Below are positions 61,828 through 64,000 of a DNA stretch of 64,000 nt, piece after piece. The translations under genes and the position numbers were made by a program. Positions within the stretch are counted from its first letter, which is position 1. Every line of letters starts with the position of its first letter. This stretch comes from Myxococcota bacterium (GTDB taxonomy: Bacteria > Myxococcota_A > SURF-8): contig CAXXQS010000001.1 of the NCBI GenBank assembly GCA_963674735.2, positions 1,696,001-1,760,000 on the forward strand, given 5' to 3'. A model generated the notes under the pieces. That model ran no database searches and was not told the origin of the DNA. It saw only the letters and a list, made by a program, of their open reading frames with translations.

Positions 61828-62463
61828 TCAATATTTCTTTTCAGTTTTTTTCAAATCGGCCAGTGGATCCTTGGCCAAAACCGATTTCCTTGGTGCTTTC
61901 GGTTGGGTTTTCTTTGTTTTTGCTGGTTTTTTCGCCTTTCCATCATTTCTCAATACAGCCGACTTCGTTTTCTCACTCTCATGCGCAATGACCGGTTTCG
62001 GGACCGATGGGGTGAAATCGGACGCTTGAGTAGGCATTTCAGACTGATGCTGCTTAGAAGCTCCAGTAGAGGAATGTGGCGCTGAATCACTTTGACGCAC
62101 CACGTTTTCAAGAAAATCCCCTATTCCACCCGTTATATCACGAGCGATCGTTTCAGCAACTTCACCGACCCGAGTAACCCGCTCATCCGAAACCACACGA
62201 CCAACCACACGATCCAACGAAACAACAGCATCCTGAACAACGGAGGGCAACACCCGCCGCCCTTCAGCATAGATCTGATAAACCTGCTCTCCGGCTGCAC
62301 GCAACCAACGAGACCCATCGCGATCTTCTCCTTCGCCGTCCAATCGCGTGCGTTGTGATTCCGCCGAGCGCTTAACACTCTCGGCCATTGATTCGGCCTG
62401 AGATCTGGCATACGTGAAAAAAGCGCTCACTCCCTCCGTCACTCGTTTTTTCTCATCCGCCAT
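61828..62463 (-). CDS. Hypothetical protein (amphipathic helices, Lys-rich tail)
   Basis: 211 aa with a GGAGG RBS. Confidence 0.65.
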   Translation of the reverse strand: MADEKKRVTEGVSAFFTYARSQAESMAESVKRSAESQRTRLDGEGEDRDGSRWLRAAGEQVYQIYAEGRRVLPSVVQDAVVSLDRVVGRVVSDERVTRVGEVAETIARDITGGIGDFLENVVRQSDSAPHSSTGASKQHQSEMPTQASDFTPSVPKPVIAHESEKTKSAVLRNDGKAKKPAKTKKTQPKAPRKSVLAKDPLADLKKTEKKY

Positions 62464-62862
62464 CGTACCTCCAATCCTTATTTAATTATTCGCGCTCTTA
62501 CGGGTTTTGTCAAGCCGCACAAAAGCCTGCACACATATTTCGGAAGAGCAACCCTCCCAACAAGAGAAACGGTAGCTAATAAACTTTTACAGTTTTACAG
62601 TTTTAATTTATTGTTTTACCAAACAAAGCCAATGAATTGCATATGTACTTGTTTTTTATGGTGTTTTATTCTTTCTTGACAAGGTTTTATAAACTATATT
62701 TTACATGTTTTTTTTATTGACAACCAAGCATGGGTCTGATAATGTTGCGCCACTTTTTTAAGGTGCAACTTAGCCTATCACTACAAAATGAGTAACAGCT
62801 GAAGCTGACACGGCTTTGACAAGTAGATCAAATACACGTACTAATTTAGGAGGTAAGCTCAA

Positions 62863-64000
62863 ATGACCACGTCGACTCCGAATCACGGCTGGCGCGTTGC
62901 CTTAGCGGGGACGGGCATCAACCTTGCTTTGGGTGTTTTGTACACCTGGAGTGTCATCTCCGGCGCAATTCCGGCCTCATGGGGCTGGGACAATGCCGAC
63001 AAAGCCCTACCCTATGCCATTGCCTGTTTCGTTTTTGCCCTCGTCATGGTTCCGGCGGGTCGTCTGCAGGATCGTATCGGTCCCCGCTGGGTCGCCACTT
63101 TGGGTGGTGTGTTGATCGGTCTGGGCTGCATCGTTGCCGGACTGTCCGGTTCATCGTTGGCTGGTTTCGTGATCGGCTTCGGTTTCCTGGCTGGCGCGGG
63201 GATCGGCTTCGGTTATGCATCGGCGACGCCGCCTGCGGTGAAATGGTTCCCGCCTGCCAAAACCGGGATGATCGCGGGTATCGTGGTCGCGGGCTTCGGT
63301 CTTGCTTCCGTCTATATCGCGCCGCTGGCTTCTCACCTTTTGCGTAGCTTCTCCTCGACCACCGACGCGGGCGTCGTTGAAATGGGCGTCTCCAACACCA
63401 TGTTCGTGTTTGGAGTGGCGTTCCTGATCATTGTTGTGATTCTGGCCCAACTCGTGAAAAATCCCCCCGAAGGTTACACGCCTCCGGTAGCGAAGAGCAG
63501 CAAAACCGGCGGTTCCGCCCCTGTGGCTAACGGCGATATGAACTGGAGCGACATGATCAAGACTCCCCAGTTCTGGATGCTTTGGTTCATGTTCGCTTGC
63601 GGTTCCGCTACAGGTTTGATGCTGATCGGCATCGCCACCAAACTTGGCAAAGCCTCCCTCGGTGAAGCGGCCTTCATGGTCGTGGTCGTGTTGTCCGTCG
63701 GCAACGCCGGTGGTCGCGTGTTGGCCGGTGTCGTTTCGGACAAAATCGGTCGTCAGTGGACCATGTTCGGTGCCTTCGTCTTGCAAGCGCTGATGGTGTT
63801 CGGACTGATCTTCATCGAGAATAATGCCATTTTACTGCTGGCCATCATCCTGATCGCCGGTGCCAACTATGGTTCCAATCTGACCCTGTTCCCCTCGGCC
63901 ACGAAAGATTACTTCGGCCTCAAGGGCTTCGGCTTGAATTACGGCATCATGTTCACGGCCTGGGGCGTGGGTGGTTTGATTCTGCCGCGCATTAACGGCA
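62863..64000 (+). CDS. MFS transporter, oxalate/formate antiporter (OFA) family; runs off the window end
   Basis: AGGAGG RBS; translation GINLALGVLYTWS, GRLQDRIGPR, KWFP..TG and GVVSDKIGR. Absent from the ORF track because there is no stop in the window. Confidence 0.9.
   Translation, partial: MTTSTPNHGWRVALAGTGINLALGVLYTWSVISGAIPASWGWDNADKALPYAIACFVFALVMVPAGRLQDRIGPRWVATLGGVLIGLGCIVAGLSGSSLAGFVIGFGFLAGAGIGFGYASATPPAVKWFPPAKTGMIAGIVVAGFGLASVYIAPLASHLLRSFSSTTDAGVVEMGVSNTMFVFGVAFLIIVVILAQLVKNPPEGYTPPVAKSSKTGGSAPVANGDMNWSDMIKTPQFWMLWFMFACGSATGLMLIGIATKLGKASLGEAAFMVVVVLSVGNAGGRVLAGVVSDKIGRQWTMFGAFVLQALMVFGLIFIENNAILLLAIILIAGANYGSNLTLFPSATKDYFGLKGFGLNYGIMFTAWGVGGLILPRING

Overview
Bacterial chromosomal window; gene content suggests a deltaproteobacterium/Myxococcota-like host, but this is inference. 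Bases 1-31 kb look like core genome: a surface-glycan locus (GT4s, heptose kinase, Wzm/Wzt, DUF362, ATP-grasp), acidic DGD-linker lipoprotein hydrolases, a hybrid sensor kinase, mlaEFD, rho, galK with a UDP-sugar pyrophosphorylase, and a second DUF362. Bases ~31.06-61.7 kb form an IS-rich genomic island ending at the 3' end of a tRNA-Ala(GGC). The island carries a lexA-DUF72-imuB-dnaE2 mutagenesis cassette that appears to be integrated into a tyrosine-integrase gene, an FGE-domain lipoprotein behind a structured leader, and an unannotated three-gene operon with a HExxH metallopeptidase. It also carries a ParB-methyltransferase/SPL-like radical SAM/DUF523 operon, a prokaryotic viperin downstream of a 566-aa helical protein and a DUF4258-like gene, and an orphan type I-C-like CRISPR array cut by a head-to-head IS3 palindrome with an ISAs1 at its centre. 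The best candidates for undescribed systems are the viperin-associated three-gene locus and the peptidase three-gene operon. All family calls come from motif recognition by eye; no database search was run.
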